From Candidatus Hadarchaeales archaeon (GTDB lineage: Archaea > Hadarchaeota > Hadarchaeia > Hadarchaeales > WYZ-LMO6), in NCBI GenBank assembly GCA_038851755.1, contig JAWCKR010000005.1, positions 1 through 64,000 on the forward strand: a stretch of DNA of 64,000 nt, in the 5' to 3' direction. Within the stretch, counting starts at the first letter, position 1. Each line of letters opens with the position of its first letter. Shown here one piece after another: positions 60,227-64,000 of this stretch. The position numbers and the translations under genes were made by a program. Under the pieces are notes generated by a model that had not been told where the DNA came from, did no database searches, and saw only the letters and a program-made list of their open reading frames with translations.

Positions 60227-61778
60227 GGCGGGAGATGACGAAGTCCCTCTCCATGGCGGAAAGGAAGTTCCCCACCCTGGGCCCCGCTTCCCTACCTATG
60301 AAGACCAGGTAGAGGGCCTTGAAGAGCTCCGGGGGATCCATCCCCAGTTCCCTAGCCACCTCGTAGACCCTGTTGTGGAGGGCCACGGGGTCGTACTCCC
60401 TCTCCCTCAGGTCGGAAGCCAGCTGGGAGAGGGCCCTCCTCTGCACCTCCGTGAGCCTCCCCCTCACCTCCTCCGGCAGGACCTCCAGCACCCTGAACCT
60501 CATCCACTCCGGGGCGTACTCCTCCGCCCACCTCCTGGCCCTCCTGAGCCTGGCCAGGGCCCGCTTCACGTCCTCCTCCTCCGGCCGTACCAGGAAACCC
60601 CTCTCCCTCATGATTTCCAGTCCCCTCTCCTCCTTCTCCCCCACCACCTGGCTCAGGACCGCCGCGAACCTGAAGGGGACGCGCTGGGGCTTCCCGGCGG
60701 GGACTTTCCCCACCTGGGAGAGCTCGTAGATCCTGGAGAGCTGCTCCTCCCTCTTCCCCTCCCCACCGGAGAAGTAGACCTCCTCTACCCTGTCGTACTC
60801 GTCGTAGAGGTCCAGCAGGGGGAGACCGGGATCGAAGGACTTGCTCTTCATGGCCTTGCTCCTGAAGATGAAGTACCTGAGGAGCTCCGGCTCGGCTATC
60901 GAGAGCCACTGGGAGAGGGTGAAGACCACCCCCCTGGAGGAGGACATGCGCTTCCCCGACAGGCTCACCCACTCGTAGGGGATGGGATAGGGGGCGGGCC
61001 AGCCGAAGATCCTCTCCGCAATCTCCTTCCCCGTCTCGTAGCTGCCCCCTTTCACCGCGTGGTCCTTCCCGAAGGGCTCGCAGGTCACGCCCAACAGCTT
61101 CCACCTGGCCGGCCACTCCACCCTCCAGGTGAGCTTACCCTCCCCCTTCGTGTAGTCCGCCTTCCCCTCGTGCCCGCATCCCCCCACGTAAGTGCAACCC
61201 TCGCACACGTACTTCACGTAGTCACCAGACCACGCGTACGCCCTGGTGGTGGAGATCCTGCCGCAGTTCTCGCAGAGGGGATCGTAGGGGAGCCATCCCT
61301 CCGGGAGGGGCTTGTCCCGGTGCCGGTTGAGGATTCCCCTTATCTCCTCCGCCCTCTCCAGGGAGAGCCTTATCAGGGGTGCCATTCTTCCGCTCCGGTA
61401 GACCTCGCTCCCCCTCATCACCTTCAGCCTGAGGCCGAACTCCTTGAAGGAGGCTATGAAGTCACGGGAGAAGTAGTCCACAAAATCCTCGAAACCCTCC
61501 TCGGGAGAGGGAAGCGTGGCGTAGGGCATCCCCAGGTACTTCTGGTAGGAGGGGGGCAGTGGCCAGGGGACCCGGCGGAGGGGGTCGAAGTCGTCGGCAT
61601 ACCAGACGGCCTCGGCCTCGCCCCCCCTCTCCTCTATCGACCTCCTCACTCCGTCCGCGATGAACACGTCGTTGGAGTGCCCTATGTGGATGTGTCCGGA
61701 GATGGAGATCCCGCTCGCCACCAGGTGCTTCTTCCCCCGGGCCAGGAGTTCCTCCGCCACCTCGTCGATCCAGTGCAT
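60204..61778 (-). CDS. lysS: Class I lysyl-tRNA synthetase
   Basis: MHW, SGISISGHIHIG, DDFDPLR, GKLTWRVEWP, EPFGKDH, RMSSSRG. Confidence 0.96.
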   Translation of the reverse strand: MHWIDEVAEELLARGKKHLVASGISISGHIHIGHSNDVFIADGVRRSIEERGGEAEAVWYADDFDPLRRVPWPLPPSYQKYLGMPYATLPSPEEGFEDFVDYFSRDFIASFKEFGLRLKVMRGSEVYRSGRMAPLIRLSLERAEEIRGILNRHRDKPLPEGWLPYDPLCENCGRISTTRAYAWSGDYVKYVCEGCTYVGGCGHEGKADYTKGEGKLTWRVEWPARWKLLGVTCEPFGKDHAVKGGSYETGKEIAERIFGWPAPYPIPYEWVSLSGKRMSSSRGVVFTLSQWLSIAEPELLRYFIFRSKAMKSKSFDPGLPLLDLYDEYDRVEEVYFSGGEGKREEQLSRIYELSQVGKVPAGKPQRVPFRFAAVLSQVVGEKEERGLEIMRERGFLVRPEEEDVKRALARLRRARRWAEEYAPEWMRFRVLEVLPEEVRGRLTEVQRRALSQLASDLREREYDPVALHNRVYEVARELGMDPPELFKALYLVFIGREAGPRVGNFLSAMERDFVISRLTEASRA

Positions 61779-61813
61779 CCGCAAGATTTTATTCGCGCCC
61801 TCTAAAAGGTGCT

Positions 61814-62971
61814 GTGTCACCCAGACCCGCGGAGAGGATGAAAAACATACCTCCCTCCAGCACCCTCAGGGTGCTCTCCCTGGCCAAGCGGCTGGAGAGG
61901 GAGGGAAGGAAGATCCTCCACCTGGAGGTGGGGGAGCCCGACTTCGACACCCCGGATCACGTGAAGAGGGCCGCCTGGGAAGCCCTGCAGAGGGGGATGA
62001 CCAAGTACACGCCCTCGGAGGGGCTGCCCGAACTGAGGGAGGCCGTGGCGGAGAGGGTGGGAGCGGAAGCTGGGAACGTGCTGATCACCCCAGGGGCCAA
62101 GCACGCCATCTTCTGCGCCATGGAGGCCATCCTGGACCCCGGGGAGGAGGTAATCCTTCCCTCCCCCTGCTGGACCTACGACGGCATCGTGCTGAGCGCG
62201 GGGGGCAGGCCTGTCTTCCTGGAGACGAGGATGGAGGAGGGCTTCAGGGTGGATCCGGGGAGGCTGGAGAGGGCGCTCACCCCCAGGACCAAGCTCCTCG
62301 TCCTCAACTCCCCCTCCAACCCCACGGGGGCCGTGCTGGACGAGGAGAACCTCAGGGCCATCCTGGAGCTGGCCAGGGAAAGAAACCTCTGGATCCTCAC
62401 GGACGAGATCTACGACCACCTGGTCTACGAGGGGAAGAGCGCCAGCCTCCTCTCCCTCGCGGGCTCCCTGGAGGGCATCGTCTACATCAACGGCTTCTCC
62501 AAGACCTACGCCATGACGGGCTGGAGGCTGGGATACGCGGTGGCGCCCAAGGAGCTGGTGGCGGAGATGAACAAGATCCAGCAGGCCTCCACCTCCTGCG
62601 TCCCTGGCTTCGTGCAGGTGGCGGGGCTGGAGGCCCTCAGGGGACCCCAGGACTTCGTGGAGAGGATGAGGGAGGAGTTCCGGAGGAGGAGGGACTTCCT
62701 GGTGAAGGGGCTCTCCTCCCTGGGCCTGAGGTGCCTGCCACCCCAGGGGGCCTTCTACGTCTTCCCCCGCCTGCCCGAGGGGATGGGGGACTCCACCCGC
62801 TTCTGCGAGCTGCTTCTGGAGAAGGCCGGGATAGCCTCCGTCCCTGGAGCGGGTTTCGGGCCCTTCGGGGAGGGCCATGTGAGGTTCAGCTTCGCCTGCT
62901 CCATGGAGGTGCTCAGGGAGACCCTGGAGAAGCTTGGTGAGTTCCTGAGGAACCTCCGTACCCGAGGGTGA
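61814..62971 (+). CDS. PLP-dependent aminotransferase class I/II (AspC-like)
   Basis: GEPDFDTP, NSPSNPTG, DEIY, GFSKTYAMTGWRLG. Confidence 0.95.
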   Translation: MSPRPAERMKNIPPSSTLRVLSLAKRLEREGRKILHLEVGEPDFDTPDHVKRAAWEALQRGMTKYTPSEGLPELREAVAERVGAEAGNVLITPGAKHAIFCAMEAILDPGEEVILPSPCWTYDGIVLSAGGRPVFLETRMEEGFRVDPGRLERALTPRTKLLVLNSPSNPTGAVLDEENLRAILELARERNLWILTDEIYDHLVYEGKSASLLSLAGSLEGIVYINGFSKTYAMTGWRLGYAVAPKELVAEMNKIQQASTSCVPGFVQVAGLEALRGPQDFVERMREEFRRRRDFLVKGLSSLGLRCLPPQGAFYVFPRLPEGMGDSTRFCELLLEKAGIASVPGAGFGPFGEGHVRFSFACSMEVLRETLEKLGEFLRNLRTRG

Positions 62972-63590
62972 GGAGCTCCCTGATCCTCCTCGCCTTGACC
63001 CTTCCTATCCCCCTCACCTTCCTCAGCTCCCCCTCCGAGGCCCTCATCACCGCCTCCACCGTCCCGAAGTGCTGGAGGAGCCTCTCGGCCAGCACGGAGG
63101 AAACCCCCGGAAGCCCCTCCACCACGAACCTCTGCTGAAGGGAAAGGGGAAGACCCTCCCTCTTCCTCCTCAACGGGGGGAGCCTCCTCCTCTCCTCCCT
63201 CTCCCTCCTGGTGAGGAGCCAGAGGAGGGAGGCGGTCTGGGAGCAGTTCCTGGTCCTGAGCACGGGTATCCCCAGATCCATGACCAGGTGGAGCATCGCC
63301 CCCTGCACCGCGTGGGGGTGGAGCTTCCCCAGCTCCTCCGGGGCTTCCTCACCCTCCACCACCAGCACCGGCCTCTCAAACTTTTCCCTCATCCTCCTGG
63401 CCTGGTCCATCAGCCTGCCGTCCACGATCGACCTCACGAAGTCCCTCACGCTCTTCCTCTCCACGACCACCCTGTCGCTCACCACGAAGTCTCCCACCTC
63501 CAGCCTGCTCACCTCGGGCTCCACGCCCCTCTTCCTCAGCTCCCTCTCCAGCTCCCCTCCAAGCTCCTGCCTGTCCGCCAGTATCCTCAG
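62913..63590 (-). CDS. Short XPF/ERCC4 nuclease with (HhH)2
   Basis: ILADRQE, GDFVVS..VERKS..DF, LPGVS, VRGIG. Homology extends upstream of GTG 63524 to CTG 63590. Confidence 0.9.
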   Translation of the reverse strand: MRILADRQELGGELERELRKRGVEPEVSRLEVGDFVVSDRVVVERKSVRDFVRSIVDGRLMDQARRMREKFERPVLVVEGEEAPEELGKLHPHAVQGAMLHLVMDLGIPVLRTRNCSQTASLLWLLTRREREERRRLPPLRRKREGLPLSLQQRFVVEGLPGVSSVLAERLLQHFGTVEAVMRASEGELRKVRGIGRVKARRIRELLTLGYGGSSGTHQASPGSP

Positions 63591-64000
63591 GCGCTCCGGA
63601 AGAACTCCTCCAGCCTCCTCCGTAGCTCTCCCTCCTCCACCCTCCTCAGCCTCTCCGCCATCCAGCCCGGCAGGCTCCCCCTCACGAAGGGGGAGAACAC
63701 CCTCTCGTCCAGGAAGACGATGGCCGCCCTGTCGGAGAGGAGGCGGTGGGCCCTCCCGGCGGCCTGGGCCAGGCGCCGGTGGGCCGGAAGGTAGTACCCG
63801 TACCTCCTGCCAAGGCCGGGGAACTGGTCCTCCCAGTACTCCACCGTCCTCTCCAGACGCTTGCTCGGGGGTGCGTAGGGAATCCCGACCGCCACCACGG
63901 AGTCCATCTGGTGCCCCGGGTAGTCTCCCCCCTCCGCGTTCCTCCCTCCCATCACCCCCAGGAGAACCGCTCCACCCCTCTCCGCGCAGGACTTGAACTC
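63587..64000 (-). CDS. XPD/Rad3-family helicase, C-terminal part (truncated by the window edge)
   Basis: MGGRNAEGGDYPG, VGIPY, QAAGRAHR...DRAAIVFLDER. Confidence 0.9.
   Translation of the reverse strand, partial: EFKSCAERGGAVLLGVMGGRNAEGGDYPGHQMDSVVAVGIPYAPPSKRLERTVEYWEDQFPGLGRRYGYYLPAHRRLAQAAGRAHRLLSDRAAIVFLDERVFSPFVRGSLPGWMAERLRRVEEGELRRRLEEFFRSA

Overview
A 64 kb, very GC-rich, gene-dense archaeal chromosome segment, mostly core genome. Informational genes are PolB, RadA, RPA, Pcc1, S3Ae, RpoE'/Spt4, class I LysRS, methanogen-type SerRS, Dph5, XPD/XPF, EndoV and SRP RNA. Metabolic genes are a riboflavin operon headed by an RbkR-type regulator, FBP aldolase/phosphatase, gap-pgk, glmM-glmU, class II HMG-CoA reductase and two acyl-CoA dehydrogenase homologues. 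The Glu/Arg/Lys-rich proteins and gene set suggest a thermophilic anaerobic euryarchaeote-grade lineage, plausibly Hadarchaeota (inference only). No rRNA, tRNA, CRISPR array or transposase was recognised. Most notable observations: (1) an unclassified 233-nt multi-helix RNA candidate with its own TATA-like box and T8 terminator directly upstream of polB; (2) a HydCBA/NuoEFG-like flavin module with no catalytic subunit, divergent from a TraB/TIKI-like domain fused to a methylene-H4MPT dehydrogenase; (3) dispersed LigD parts, one of them a wHTH-fused primase-polymerase; (4) a three-way-junction 5' leader on a CxxC-x17-CxxC gene; (5) a PolB whose uracil-sensing pocket looks degenerate; (6) a NikR-like operator ahead of a fmdE-ABC transporter island; (7) several small metal-binding genes missed by the ORF track. 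All family assignments come from recalled motifs; no searches were run.
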